This document shows positions 1 to 14,100 of a stretch of DNA of 64,000 nucleotides, one piece after another. The position numbers and the translations under genes were made by a program. Every line of letters begins with the position of its first letter. Positions within the stretch are counted from its first letter, which is position 1. A model generated the notes under the pieces. It did no database searches. It worked only from the letters and a program-made list of their open reading frames with translations, and was not told the origin of the DNA. Origin of the DNA: Octopus sinensis (Eukaryota); assembly GCF_006345805.1 (NCBI RefSeq), contig NC_043004.1, positions 34,658,001 to 34,722,000 on the forward strand, in the 5' to 3' direction.

Positions 1-4
1 ATGA

Positions 5-310
5 AAGATGGCAAGTTGGTAGAATCATTAGCATGCTGGGGAAAATGCTTAGTGGTATTTCGACTGTCTTGACATTCTGAGTTCAAATTCAATAATAATA
101 GTCTCCCACTTAAACACAAATCCAGCAATTTTTTGAGAGGAAGAAAAGTAGCTGATACCATCAACCCAAATACATGACTGGTACTTTATTTTATCAACCC
201 TGGAGGGATGAAAAGTAAAGTTAACGTTGGTAAGATTTGAACACAGAAGGTAAAGACTTGGACGAAATACAGCAAAGCATTTCTTCAAACACTCTAATGA
301 TTCTGCTGCT
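5..310. mobile_element. Two decayed family-A SINE fragments (5-110 on +, ~110-310 on -)
   Basis: Matches the family-A head (ggcaagttggtagaatcattagcatg...ttctgagttcaaattc) on + and the core (gatgaaaagtaaagttaac...tttgaac) on -, compared with the intact copies at 19257 and 35805. Confidence 0.7.
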
Positions 311-379
311 ACATCTACTACTGGTGGTTGTGGTGGTGGCGGTAGTGTTGGTGGAAGTAGTAGTAGTCTTCAAGAATGT

Positions 380-965
380 TGATGTGGTTTAAGTGGAAGA
401 GATAAACCAAAAAACAGTAAATGGAATTATCAATCATGTGAAAACAAGCAATCTAGCTGAAATGAAGAATTTGATAAAAGCTGCTAATACATATGTGGTG
501 AATGAATTAGGCTTGAAAGACATCGCAAGTGGAATTAAGAATACAAGAATCATAATGGAAGAGAAGAATACAAGGGGATATAAAAATATTGCAATCTGAT
601 GTAAATTTATTGGAAGGTGAAAGAAAAGATCAGTTGAAATCCCAACGGCAGGATGCTGATTTAGAAAGAAAATATAACATAAAAAAAAAAATAGATGTAT
701 CAACTGCTGCAAAGAGAGGAGTTGAAACAGATGATTTTGACCAAAACATCAGAGATCAAAAGATATAAATAAAGAATAAACCAGTATAGATGGAACCATA
801 TATTCCATATGGATCAGAAATGGTTATATAAGGAGTTGAATGAAAATGTAAGTCAAGAAAAGGTCAGAGTAGATTTGTGAGAATGTTAGAAGTTGTGGAG
901 AGAAATTTAGGGGCAAAGGAAAAATGCATAATTCTGAAGCAGAATGGTTAATGAGTTTTAAAGAT
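380..965 (+). pseudogene. Decayed N-terminal ORF fragment of an R4/Dong-like (RLE-type) non-LTR retrotransposon
   Basis: Frame-hopping translation gives NGIINHVKTSNLAEMKNLIKAANTYVVNELGLK...WKRRIQGDIKILQSDVNLLE...ELKQMILTKTSEIKRYK*RINQYRWNHIFHMDQKWLYKELN...HNSEAEWL. This resembles the pre-RT region of R4/Dong elements. Stops and frameshifts are present. Confidence 0.65.
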
Positions 966-1271
966 AAAGTGAAAATCAAAATAAATAATACACACACACA
1001 CACTCTCTCATACACACACACACACACGCACAAATATGTACATCATCATCGTTTCTTAAAATCTATTTTCCCATAGTTGCAAAGGTTAGACAGAATTCAT
1101 TGAGACATATTTTCTTCAACTGGATGCCCTCCCTGTCACCAATCCTCAACAGTTTCCAAACTAAATATTTCCCCCTTGGTCAGACATGTTTTTCACAGCA
1201 GACTGCAAAAAAGTATCATTGCTTGTATGATGGTCATGCTGGTTTCAACCATCAGGACAAAGGGACATGCA

Positions 1272-1279
1272 AACACACA

Positions 1280-1358
<79 letters not shown>

Positions 1359-1385
1359 ACACTCACACACACACACACACACACA
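1272..1385. repeat. (CA)n microsatellite
   Basis: About 110 bp of near-perfect CA repeat, seen directly. Confidence 0.98.
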
Positions 1386-1612
1386 GACAGAGGTTTCTAG
1401 ACTGCTTCTGTTGTTGCTCAACTTGACACTCCATAAATGTCCCTTAATTGCATTGCTATGCAGTGGACTTGAACCTGTAAGCATGACATTGGAAAGTGAA
1501 CTCCTTAACCACAATGCTATGCTTCTGATAGCAAATTGTTCAAAATCTTTTCATAGTAATCTTGCTACTGTTGCCTGTATATAATAGAGCATTCTCATTT
1601 ATATGATATATG

Positions 1613-2923
1613 CAGGGTGGCAAAGAGAGGATGGATGTTTTTGAAATGACTATAACTCAGTCCCAGGGGAAGGGACATGTGTTTAACAGGTATCATTCAG
1701 TCGGTGGTGTCTTAGCATTTTTTTCTTTTCAGGTGAAGCCATGGCACTGTGGACGATAGAGCATCACATGTTTGCCTATGACAATTACATGAAGAATAAC
1801 GAGTTTTTCACAGCAGTTCAGTGTGAGTTTCGGCACCACTTCAACATTCATCATAACCAGGCTGTTCCCACCCATAACACAGTCTTATGTTGTATGAATG
1901 CACTTCCTATATGAAGTACATGGGGGGGGGGGAGGAACCACAAACAGTATGGACACCGGAAAATAGGAACATGTGAGACAAGCTTTGTTGGAGGCATTCC
2001 ACTGAACTTGGCATTAATAATCAATTAGTAAGGCATATTTTGCATGAAGACCCACATTTCTACCTGTACAAATTGGTCATTGGGCCACAATTGAAACCAT
2101 GGGATTATGCACAGCGGTTTAACTTCGCCTGTCAGATGAAAGCAATTTTTGAGGCAAATGACAGCCTCATTTTGTTAATGAGTGATGAAACTCATTTTCA
2201 TCTCAATGGCATGGTGAATCAATAGAACTGTCGTTATTGGACTCTTGAAAATCCAACAGAACTACACAAAAGACCACTGCACGGCCCAAAAGTGACCGTT
2301 TGGTGTGCTGTTGGAAAAGCTGCCCTCATTGGTCCTTACTATTTTGAAAACAATAATGAAATCTTGTTACTGTAAACTCTGAAAGTTGCATCGAGATGAT
2401 AAACAACTTCTTTGTGTCTGAATTACAATGAAAATGTATGCCTATTCGACATGTGTGATTTCAACAGGATGGAGCGATGACCCACACAGCCAGAGCATCA
2501 ACGAACGTTTTTTGCCCTCTCTTCAGGGATTGCCTCATTTTCAGGTTGGCTGACATTCTTTCCACACCCCCAGCATTCGGCCCCCTGATTTGTCCATGTG
2601 TTGTTATTTCTTGTGAGGAAACTTCAAGGCACGTGTGTATGTACATAAGCTTCATACATTGGATGATTTGAAGGAAGCTATTTGCATGGAAGTCACCCAA
2701 ATCAACAGAGCAATGTTGGAGAGAGTGGAGGCCTACCTGCAAGAATGTCTTCAGAAATGCATCAATGAAAACGGACACCACACAATGGATGTGATTTTTC
2801 ACACTTGATTTTGACAAATGCTAATTCAATTCGAACGCATTGATGTCAATAAAATTTGTTTGCAGCTAAAATTAATGATTTTATGAATTTTTCAAAAACA
2901 TCCATCCTCTCTGCTAAACTCTG
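1613..2923 (+). mobile_element. Full-length but decayed Tc1/mariner DNA transposon, DD41D (rosa/VS)-like
   Basis: Imperfect TIRs: cagggtggcaaagagaggatggatgtttttgaaa at 1613 and tttcaaaaacatccatcctctctgctaaactctg ending at 2923, followed by TA. A transposase remnant lies between them. Confidence 0.9.
1741..2808 (+). pseudogene. Tc1/mariner transposase pseudogene
   Basis: MALWTIEHHMFAYDNYMKNNEFFTAVQCEFRHHFNI (DUF4817-like HTH), LLMSDETHFHLNGMVNQ*NCRYW, PKVTVWCAV, FQQDGAMTHTA, PDLS and LDDLKEAI...CINENGHH motifs. Multiple stops and frameshifts. Confidence 0.9.
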
Positions 2924-2994
2924 TATAAGTGTGTGTGTATGTATAGTCTCCATTTCTTCCCCCATTCTCTCTTACCTATGCGTGTGTGTGTGTT

Positions 2995-3056
<62 letters not shown>

Positions 3057-3291
3057 GTGTGTGTGTGTGTGTATATATGTATATGTATGTCCATATATAT
3101 ATATATATATAATAATAAATATTAGGGAATAAATCCAAATTTACAGGGAAAAATCAGATTTAGGATTGAATCCAATTTTATAGTAAAATATTATATAATA
3201 TTAATTAGAGACAAAACCACTATTTTGCAAATCAAACAAGGAAAGACTTAATCAATACATAAAAAAAATTTAATATAAAGTAAATAAATCG

Positions 3292-3335
3292 CCACTACAA
3301 TTGTTTCCTGTCTTCAAATGACATTCATCAGGTGG
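3292..3335 (-). ncRNA. Minimal type-I hammerhead ribozyme motif (mirror copy)
   Basis: Minus strand reads ccac-CTGATGA-atgtcatttgaagacag-GAAA-CAATTGTA-gtgg, with a fully Watson-Crick helix I (ccac/gtgg). Confidence 0.7.
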
Positions 3336-3385
3336 ATTTCATATCTTCTATTCAATTTTAAAGTTATGAATAGAAGATATGAAAT

Positions 3386-3429
3386 TCACCTGATGAATGT
3401 CATTTGAAGACAGGAAACAATTGTAGTGG
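3386..3429 (+). ncRNA. Minimal type-I hammerhead ribozyme motif
   Basis: tcac-CTGATGA-a-tgtc(atttgaa)gaca-g-GAAA-C-AATT-GTA-gtgg. Helix I is tcac/gtgg, helix II tgtc/gaca, helix III has a palindromic loop (CAATTG), and the cleavage triplet is GUA. Confidence 0.7.
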
Positions 3430-3516
3430 CGATTTATTTACTTTATATTAAAATTTTTTAATGTATTGATTAAGTCTTTCCTTGTTTGATTTGCAAAATA
3501 GTGGTTTTGTCTCTAA

Positions 3517-3844
<328 letters not shown>

Positions 3845-4589
3845 TACATACATACATATATGTATGTATAGTCCTTCCTTCCTATCATCATCATCATCAT
3901 CATTATCATAACATTCACCATCACCATCAGTAATGCAATTACCATTGCAAGCACACTTAAGTTCTCTCAACTAATAATGATGACCACCTCTCCTGTCAAC
4001 ATGAAGACACTGAAGCAGAGAATGTTAAAACATTCGTCATTGATGATAGCTCTCATCGTGCATACCATCAAGGAAATGCTGTATGATCTTATCATATAAT
4101 AAAGGATAAAGAGGATATTTTAGCAATGAGTTGAATCCTATAAATTTCTTCATTGTCTAAATCTCAATGATGGCACAGTATTTTAGTTTCTGTGTTACCA
4201 GTTCTAACTACTAACGATAAAGAATTGTCAGCTAAGATTCCCAAACACTTTAGCTTAATTCTAGATGGAAGAAGTTGTAGAACTTCATTTAGCATTAATT
4301 CAATCAACACAAACACTTTAACTTTGATTTCAACCAAATATCTGATGTGGATTTATTTCAACTAAGTTTAAGTAAGTTATTTGTAGGGAAAGATCACAAC
4401 TGATTCAATTAACTCTAGTGGTATACTATTGGTATGTAATATATCAGTATGCTACCAACTTTGAAGAACTGTTTCACAAAGATTGGTATGGGACTGAAAG
4501 ATCAAACCAAACTAAGATCAGGAAATCTGTACCAAGAGTTTACTGGAAGTTCAATGAAGGGGATCATGCACTGTTCGTTGTAATTCTTT

Positions 4590-4772
4590 TGGTGGCACGT
4601 GCAAGCACCCACTGCACTCTCGGAGTGGTTGGCGTTAGGAAGGGCATCCAGCTGTATAAACATTGCCAGATCAGACTGGAGCCTGGCACAGCCATCTGGT
4701 TCACCAGTCCTTAGTCAAATCGTCCAACCCATGCTAGTATGGAAAGCAGATGTTAAATGAGGATGATGATGA
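4590..4772 (+). mobile_element. Family-D short retroposon (RTE-type 3' tail ending in (GAT)n)
   Basis: ggagtggttggcgttaggaagggcatccagctgta...ccaacccatgctagtatggaaagcagatgttaaatga(gat)n. The same tail ends the RTE fragment at about 31450. Confidence 0.85.
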
Positions 4773-5149
4773 AAGGGAAAAAAACATTTGACTCATGGTA
4801 TTTGAAGTGTACCAACCCTTCCTCAAAGACAAATGTATGAATAACAAAAAAAAATCAAAGTTTGTCATATTACATTCAACATGTGTTGCTCTCCTCTCAA
4901 ATGCCTTGCTTAAGTTTCAGTAGCATAGCTGGGGGGAGGGGAGAAGAGGGCAATCTGCTTTAGATAAAGATTTTATGGGGGTTAGGTAGCATTTTGGGGT
5001 CTGTTGCACAAGCCTGTATAAGCTAGGTGGGACTGTGAGGGAGAGGCACAAATTCAAGGGTTTCCCAAGGAGGAACATTCTGTCCAGCTATGCCACAGAT
5101 GTGTGTGCATGTTAATGTCTGGCCGGTTTAATTCTTTTGCTGGAAAGTT

Positions 5150-6110
5150 TGTAATGCAAACATTTCAAAATGCTATTGTAGTTACAGGGTAAATTCCTTC
5201 CAGAGATTGAGATGAAATATTCATGACGAAGGACTGTTCATCATGTAATGGTGGAATATTATTGAAAGGTATCAGCTTTGATGATGGAAAGCGAAGTAAT
5301 CCAGAGGCAAAAAATGGAGAAAGAAGGACAAGAACTTAATGAAAGAAATTTGTAATGGTACTGTAGAAGAATTCATTGATGAAGTGAGTATTGAACTGCC
5401 AGTAAAATTGTCCTGAATTCATTAAGATCAACCAAAATAAAGTCTATGGTGGCCATAAATCATGTGTCACTGCACCAAACACTGAGGAATCTTTCTTGGA
5501 AATAGATTTTACCAAAAATTACATTTCTGTCTTTCTGAATGGAATGCAATCGATGCATTGGAGATTGAATCAAGTTACCATATTTGTTACTTTGATACAC
5601 CACCATGAATCATCTTACCTTATTATTATCCTGATCAATAACCATAACCAGGAAAAGCACGCAAATGCATTATTGTTGGTGGCCACCATTCTTGATAAAG
5701 TCTGGGACCAATTCCTAACAACTAATACCATAGATATCTGGACTGCTTGGACCCAGTATTCCGTACAAAAAAAAATGTCTTTGATTGTTAGTGATTCTTC
5801 ATCTGGTACATCATGTTATATATTTTCACTAGAATTCTACTGTCACATGTCACAGAAAGGGACCCAAAGACTTACATGGAGGCAATATACATCACTGTGT
5901 AAGGACTTGGTGCCAAAACATTTGGTAATGGAATGAGTATTCAGGTCATTGTTGTGTCCCAAAATGACAATAACACAGAATAAGGTTTACGTGCTGTGGA
6001 ATGAGGTACCTTATATACCCAGCACACTTAATACTGCTACATCAAAGCTCATAATGCTGGAATAGAAAATTGCCGGTATAAATTCAGGGACATTGTGTAA
6101 CATTGCTAGA
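5150..6110 (+). pseudogene. Decayed DDE transposase fragment, Sola2-like
   Basis: ORF 5496-5936 has IDFTKNY...GMQSMHW...QVTIF, resembling DFxENY...E.QS.HW...QVT. It is followed by IDIWT, a frameshifted HGKGP.DG.GG-like segment (cacagaaagggacccaaagac...ggaggc), and preceded by a CxxC. Superfamily assigned from recalled motifs only. Confidence 0.6.
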
Positions 6111-7780
6111 ATCTCTGGAATTGAATCATATCTATACAATATCTGAAACATACCTTTATGTGTTGAGTTAAGTTGTCTGTCTAAAAGGTACATTTGTGAT
6201 TCCATTCTTGATATCTTGTAATTCCACCATGAAAATGAGATGCATTGACTTTCAAGCAGAAAACAAATAAAATTGAATTCTTCATCATTTGAACTTGGAG
6301 ATGTGTATCACAGACTTGAGAAATATTGGTATTCAAACTGAGCTTTCATAATAAAATGAACCTTCCTATAATCCACATGTTTTGTTGTCTAATTGCATCA
6401 CAGAATTTCAGTTAACAATTTTTAACTAGTTACCAATTACTTTTGGATTTTTTCCACTGATCATTGCAATAACAAACATCACCAATAGACTGTTTGTCAT
6501 TACAAAAACATTATCCTCATGACATTTTGAGAAATAAGTTATAATTATGAATTTGAAACAATAAAATCTCTGTGGAATATATCACACTGGAATTCATAAG
6601 AAAATAAAAATTATCGATAGTGTTTTGCTGTTTCTATTTTTTTCATTTTTAAAATAGCTACTAAACGCAACAATTTAAAGGAGACGAAATTTTTTTTTTC
6701 CTAATTTAAATAAAAAAAGTAGGTATGTGTGGTGTGTGTGTGTGTGGGTGGGGTTAGAACCTTGACTTCTTCACTTTGTAAAATTTGGTGTGTCATAGTT
6801 ACAAGAAGAATTGCATTGACCAACTTAATAACCTGAAAAACTATGGAATTAGAAATTTACTTTTGTCAATATTCTTTCTTTTTTTTCCTTACTTAGGAAC
6901 CAACATTCTCAACTAGAGCAATTAAAATATTGTTCCAGGCACAAAACAAAATAGTTAATTCTTATAGTGTTCTGGATTAACTAATTAAACAAACTTACTC
7001 TTAGGTGAGAAGGATAATAGTAATACAGTATGGAAGAATTTTAAAAATCAATTTTAAAAATAAATTTGTATTAATCACAGTTGCTATAAAAACCATTTCT
7101 GTACTTTTTATTGCTTAAAGACAAAAATATTAAAAGTATTAATTGATTTAAAGCTTATTCTCCAAAACCTTATATTAATTAAAAACCCTACAGATATCTT
7201 TCATGACCAGCTGCTCATTCAATGAATTTCATTAAAAAAGCAAAAAAAAAAGCAGTATCAGTGTCGAACAGTCATAAGTACACTTTAAGGTTAGTTAAAA
7301 TATGTTTGTGACATATTTCAACTTCTAAAGGCAAATTCACTCCAGTTACCATGAAGAAAAATTCATCTTATGGTAAAATGGTGTAAAAACACCACATCTG
7401 TCTAGTGATGCCCCCTGTCAGATTCCTAGATACTGCATTTCTAATTCTATGGCTGGAATCAATGAAAAATACTGAAGAGAGGTAACTCTGGACAGATTTG
7501 AAGCCATAGCTTTAACTAAAATGCAGTCAACAACATGCACCTCTGCTTCTGAGAGCACCAAGAAATTTGATAAAAGTTGAATTAGAGTCATTGTATGTAT
7601 GACACATTTCCTCATATTACCCAGGGTGGCAAAACAAAACAAAACAAAACTTCCAAACTTATTTGTCATACGGTGGGTAACATTTCAAGTCATTAATAAT
7701 TCTAAGAGAACTGGAATTAGCCGTGTTAATAAAGTATTGACAAAGAGACATTGTAAATTGTTTGAAGCTTGTGACCAGTA

Positions 7781-7998
7781 TTAACACTTCAGTATTTAAA
7801 TTGATTAAATCCAGCCATAATATTGTATTTGTTTCATGTTCACACTGACCAAATACAGTCTCTTACACCCATGCTACAATGTCATACTGAAAGCAAAGGA
7901 TGCCATAATGGAAATCTCAAAGTTGCAAGATAATGCCTGATTAATTTCAAAACAAATGCATTACATTTGACAGACTAATCTGAACGGTTAGGGGTCAA
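7781..7998. mobile_element. Old piggyBac-like MITE (related copy at 37347-37565 in opposite orientation)
   Basis: Ends are ttaacactt...ggggtcaa. Internal gataatgcctgattaatttcaaaacaa and gcattacatttgacaga match the reverse complement of about 37370-37430. Confidence 0.55.
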
Positions 7999-9542
7999 GC
8001 TATAATTTAGATCCCTGCAGCCTGGTCACCAAAATATAACAAAGTGTCACCAGATGGACTTTCAACTACAAAACAAAAGTAGTACCAAATGTATAATCAC
8101 CACCAATCTAAATTCAAGAATGCAAGGAAACCCATCAAATTAGATTAGTAGTAGTTTAGAACCCTAACCAGATAGCCATTGCATCTCTTTAAAATAACAG
8201 ATTCTTCTTCATATAAGACATCCTGTTAATTCCTCTTTGGGGTTAGTTAACGATGACATTTACTGCTGGCAATGTCAGGTAACTGCTTCTACTTTTGACA
8301 CATTAACTAAAAGTAGTTATGTACATGTGTGTGTGTGTGTGTGTGCATGAGAGGCACAGAGGGAGAGAGAAATAATGTGTGTGTGAATGTTGTCTAATTT
8401 TGTGAAATAGCTGTGCTAAATATTGCATGTAATGTAATTACAAATGAGAGGAAATTCTACCTATCTTGCTTTCGAATGAAATTCCTTTCTTAAGATCCAA
8501 TTAATAAGAAAAGATTTAAAAGTTCAGGATATTATTACCAGCATTTATTGCTGCTATTGATATTAAGGGACATCAGGAAGGTACTAAGAAATCAAATGCG
8601 ATGTAATTGGTTCCCATAAAAGACAATTTTACTTAAGATTCTGATATATTATTTAAATTACCATTTTAACTTTGTAGCTCAGCATAGCATTCTTATCTCA
8701 TCAGTAATGCACTGGATTTTGAAATGGCGTAAACTTCAAACATACTTTGCCATTTCTATATCGCATTTCCCATCTTACGAATGTCTTTAGGGAATGTAGA
8801 AGCTGCAATGCTGTAAAAACATCATAATAAATCAACTAAGAAAGAACTTAATACCTTAATAGGAGAGTGCCAAATTACTCTGAATAATTGACAACCGATT
8901 TGGTACCTTACAAATTACTGCTTTGAGTTTTCAAAGAATGGCTTGATTAACCTAGAATTTTTGTTTCTTGGCTTGATAAATATTCGAAGCACATTATGAT
9001 AAAGTATTAAGAGCAAGATAACATTCTTAATATTTTGCATTATTGATAAGTTCTTCAGTGGTGAAATCCATTTCACAAATTTTTGGAGTTTATTTTTGGG
9101 TTAAATCCATTCAGAGCTATTACGGAGGCAAGTAGCTTTGCTATGCTCCACATCCTCACCTTAATACATGTTTATAAATGCTGAGCCATTTTTAATGAAT
9201 AAATTCCCACCCAATAACATTTTAGAATTCTTTATCTTCTCATGACACACAAACAACATCAGTTTAACTTGACTGAACTTCACATTGCCAAAAGAAAGCA
9301 TCACCATTCTTCTAATATATGGCTTCATATTTCAATATTAGTTTGATTTGGAAGAAGTTGTGCTTGTGGTCTATGTTGGCACCCCAGAACCATCAAAGTT
9401 GATGTGGTTAAGTTTCCTTTGGAATATTTACCAAATAATGACTGCAGGAAAAATATGAGCAAACAGGGTATTTCTGAGGAATAGCTTCTGGGAAGAAAGA
9501 ACTGAGCTTAGCAGCATAGTGTAAGGAAGAGATGAGCATAAT

Positions 9543-9960
9543 ACTCTTTACTCTCTTTACTTGTTTCAGCCACTTGACTGTGGCCATGCTGGAGCACCGC
9601 CTTTAGTCGAGCAAATCGACCCCGGGACTTATTCTTTGTAAGCCCAGTACTTATTCTATTGGTCTCTTTTGCCAAACCGCTAAGTGACAGGGACATAAAC
9701 ACACCAGCATCGGTTGTCAAGCGATGTTGGAGGGACAAATACAGACACACAAACACACACACATACACACACACATATATATATATATACATAGATACGA
9801 TGGGCTTCTTTCAGTTTCCATCTACCAAATCCACTCATAAGGCATTGGTCGGCCCGGGGCTATAGTAGAAGACACTTGCCCAAGGTGCCACACAGTGGGA
9901 CTGAACCGGAACCATGTGGTTGGTAAGCAAGCTACTTACCACACAGCCACTCCTGCGCCT
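9543..9960 (-). mobile_element. Family-B tRNA-derived SINE, full length
   Basis: Minus strand: aggcgcaggagtggctgtgtggtaag (A box), ggttcagtccc (B box), CORE-like ccttgggcaagtgtc, central (TA)/(TG) tract, tail gaaacaagtaaagagagtaaagag. Confidence 0.92.
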
Positions 9961-10419
9961 AATATGAGAGATAAAAATAATTAAAAAGAACTTTTAGCAG
10001 TTGGGATAGAACTGTCAGTTTACATTATACTCTACCTGTAGCTAAGACTCTGAGCAACTTCCTAACTAAAATCCTAAACAATTTGGTATAATATATCTTT
10101 AGAGATCTATATCATAAGAACAAAATCTTGTACTGTTTGGCATAAGATAGTTGATGAAGAGTTTAAGACTTGAAGTAGTTCATCTACGAATGTTAATCCT
10201 TGTTATTTCCATAGAATTGTTCCAATAAGTGAGTTGGAGGTGCCTGATGAACAGTGGTATGAGACTTACTAGTTCCAAAGAGAAAAATCTATTATAATAG
10301 TGACAGGAAATTCAGAAACAAAACACTGCATGTCTTTGGGCTTGATATTGGAGAGTATTGAGAAGCAAGTTAATATAATATTGTGAGATTTATTGGAAAG
10401 TATTATATATCACCATATG

Positions 10420-10733
10420 TTGTTGTTAATTGTTTGTTCCTTCTCAAGCCATGCTTGGCTCATAAGGGCCGGTTTCCCAGCTTCATTGGCATATAGGTTC
10501 CTCACCTGGATGGGACACTGGTCTGTCACAGAATCGCTGCTAGAATCAGGAGGAAAGAGTGAGAGAAATTTGTGGTGAAAGAGTCAGCAGAAGTTTCCCA
10601 TTACCTTCTGCCAGAGCCACATGGAGCTTAGGTGTTTTACTTAAAAACACACACATCACCGGATCTGAAATTCGAACCCACAATAATTCAACCGCGAGTC
10701 CACTGCTCTAACTACTAGGCCATGTGCCTCCAC
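10420..10733 (-). mobile_element. Family-C tRNA-derived SINE (Meta-domain-like)
   Basis: Reverse-complement homolog of 56664-56970, with A box tggcctagtagttag, B box ggttcgaatt and (AAC)n tail. Confidence 0.88.
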
Positions 10734-10939
10734 ATCATATCACTATATGCTTAACTGTAATTAAAGGATAAGATGTGATAAAATCATGACTAAATGCAGA
10801 AAAAGGGTAAAGTACATCCATGTAATATATGCCCATTCATTTCTATGATAAAAGCAGGGACCAACATTCATGGAGTAATTATTTCAAGTCTCTGTGTTTT
10901 CTTCAGCCATGTTTCTGCTAAAATGGTTCAAAATAGTTC

Positions 10940-11148
10940 AAATTTTGGCACTCAGCCTGTAGTTTTGAGGGGAGGGGAGAGTCAATTACATCAACCCCAG
11001 AACTTCACTGTACTTCTTTTTATCAACCCTGAAAGGATGAAAGACAAAGTCGATCTCAACAGAACTTGAACTCAGAATGTAGAAATGGACAAAATGCTGC
11101 CAAGCATCCAGTCTGGCATGCTAACATTTCTGCCAGATCACCGTCTTA
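10940..11148 (-). mobile_element. Family-A SINE
   Basis: tttatcaaccctgaaaggatgaaagacaaagtcgat...tgaactcagaatg is the reverse complement of the family-A core. Confidence 0.85.
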
Positions 11149-14100
11149 AAGAGTCATAACAATATAGTATGGCTGTAGATATATTTCACAAAACTGAATT
11201 GGAATTTCGTTGCCTTGTTTAGCCAAGAATATAGATAGATCATAGCTACAGGCAGTTATAATGTAAACTAATAGCTGAATCCCAAAAGTTCCAATATCAG
11301 CCAAAATTAACTGCCTTTGAATAAAATGTTTGACCATGTCAATATAATTAAACTACCTTACTCTGTGTTGCTTGCACACATCTCTATAACATTATTACCT
11401 ATAATGCTTACAGTTTTTCATATCTATTTTCCTTGTCACAAAGTAATTAATTTTGTTTCTTTATAATTAAATTGAGACTTTCAGGGCATCTCTTCAGAAT
11501 GTGCTATTAACAAGAATTCTTGGAATTTCTTTGATCGGTATTCTAGCCAGGAAGTTCCAGCCTTTAATCCGCAATCTAACATTTAAAATATGAGGTTCTG
11601 ATAATAAAGACAGTAGATATTTCTGTTGAGGGAGAAACAATCTTTAAATTGAAGAGGCAGAACAACCACGAGGCATTGACAGCAGATTTTCCTTTAATAT
11701 AATGTTAACAGGACTACGAATTATGGCGGTTCTTTCTATATTTATTATGGGAAGGGTGTAAAGATTTTGTTGACAGAAGAAACTGAATAAAAAGGGGTTT
11801 TTATTGGCAATTAGTATTCAAGAAAATGTTGGGTTCCCCAATTTTCTTTTTCTTTGGCTTCTGAAACAAACAAAATGCTTGCTTAAATATTATTCTTTAA
11901 CTGTTTTGCAACCATATTGGGCCACGTTGTTTGCTCCTAGAATTCATTTTATCAATTTTTATTTATTGAATGGCTAAGTTACATTTTTGATATAAAGGCA
12001 CATAGTTCATGGCTTCCTATCAGAGGGCACAACTGCACATGCCTTGAAAAATCTCTCTCTCTCTCTCGTTCTTTCTTTTTCTCTCTCTCTCTCTCTCTTT
12101 CCTATTTATACACTTTCAACTATAATGCTCCTTGAGGTTTTATTTTGTCCAGTACTGACCACTACACACATTCCTTCCTTTCCAGAATGGTGGGCTTTTC
12201 TTTAAGAATATGGTCACAGCTCTGCCTCCCTCCATACCAAGCCAAAAGGAAAAAGTGATAAAAACACACACAATCTTACACATAAGCACATGAGTTTGCA
12301 CATATTCACAGTCACACACACACACAGAGTTTCAATCTACAATTGGCCAACATGCATCTCTAGTTGTCCAAGTTACCACACAATGAGATTGAACCCAGAA
12401 CCCCATGGTTGTGAAGTAAACAACTCAATGACATGGATGTGTCTGTGTTTATATATAAAGAGAACCAACCTCTGTAAAAGTTGAATCCATTGCATATATT
12501 TTCTAGTGAATATATTAACTCTGAAGACATCAGCAATGACTGTTCACAGAGTTTGAACCAATGGCCTTTGGTTTATCGATTCCTTAAGCCTTTATACAGT
12601 TTTATATCTCATAATGCAATACTGTGCTAGCGTTGTTTAGTATTTCCATCAGCATTGCAACACCATTTTGTATAAAATAAATAAATGAATATATATATAA
12701 AAGACCTGCCAAGTCAAGAATCCTTTCTGTAAAAATCCTGTCTTACTAAATGGCATATTTTCTTGTTCCTTTTTTTTTTTTACTGCAACTCTCTCTTATT
12801 TAGATATACCAACCACATCTTTCTCGTAACATCTATAATCAGTGTTATTTTCTAGATAAGGCAGCTAAATGTAAAAAAAAAGTCCATCCTTTGCTGAGAA
12901 CTCCATTCCTCTGTAACTCCCATCCAATCTTTAACATCTCAACTACTATTAACTAAAGCATAGGGATTTTAAGATGCCATAATGTTTACCTCAGTGTCAG
13001 AAGTTCAAGAATAAGAATTGGCCATTTGATGCAATCATTTCATTTCCCAGTGTCACAGCAGCATAATCTGATCCTTACTATTTTTAAAAGCTATAAATCC
13101 TGGGACAAACCATTCTTTATAAAGGAAGAATGGTCATTATCAAATCACTGATAAAGTGATGAAGTTTGGTGCAAAGTGACATGTCAGATATACCATTCCA
13201 TTTGCCAAAAACGAAGTACTTCTCTCATTTTTTAGTATAGTGTTTTGGTAAAAGACTAAGAAATCAGGCTGCAATACAGGATTTTGAAACAATATTTTAA
13301 GGAATGAAATGTTATCAAATCCATGTTGCAACAAAGCAATTAACAATAGATGTAGAGTCGTAAACTAATGAAGATAAAACAATGATTAGATTGGCATAAC
13401 CTACAGACTGAGTGAGGACATTTCTGTTTTGAGAAGATTATAATGCAGGAGGCCTTCATGCAAAGTTGTGTTATACAAATCCTGATGTTTTATTTCAATA
13501 CTAGCAGAAAAGTTGACTCTTGTCATGTTTCAAAACTTTTCAATTGAACCTTATTTTATGGGTCAACACGTTAAAAAAATTAACTGATTTGATTCCAGTT
13601 TTCCAGATATTATTCTAAAGAGCTACATTTTCAGCCTCTTATACCTGATAGGCTGGAGTGCATCCTAAATAAGATTCATTTCACAAACTTTTGAAAGGAT
13701 TCAGTAAAAAAGGTGTTTTTCAAGACAAAATATGTAGACATAATCAGCTTGAAGGAAAGCAGAGAGATCCTGTTTTATGTGTGTAACCGGGCCACACACT
13801 TTCACATAACAACAAACAAGTAACCAAAAATCTTTGAGATTTACATTCCTGACACACATTAAAAAATATCTTAATTTATGCTATGTAAGCCAACACTAAG
13901 AAAGAATTATATTTAATTCTTCACAGTTTATAACAAATATTATTAACTGTGTTTCCAATTCCAAAGATTTCTTGAAGTATTTAATTATTGTCGTTAAAAT
14001 TTCATAGCTTAAACATCAATGATTTATGTTTGGAACATAAATTACTTACACGTGCAAAGAATATACAGCATCATTCCTGTTAACGAGGGTGGCCAGATCT

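Noticed and set aside
1100-1584. ORFs rich in HT/VC/IY dipeptides here and at 2856-3138, 3486-3701, 17680-18111, 33474-33830, 46475-46872, 50828-51374, 53062-53756 and 59624-59985
   Set aside because: They are translations of (CA)n/(TA)n microsatellites, which lack stop codons. No coding signal.
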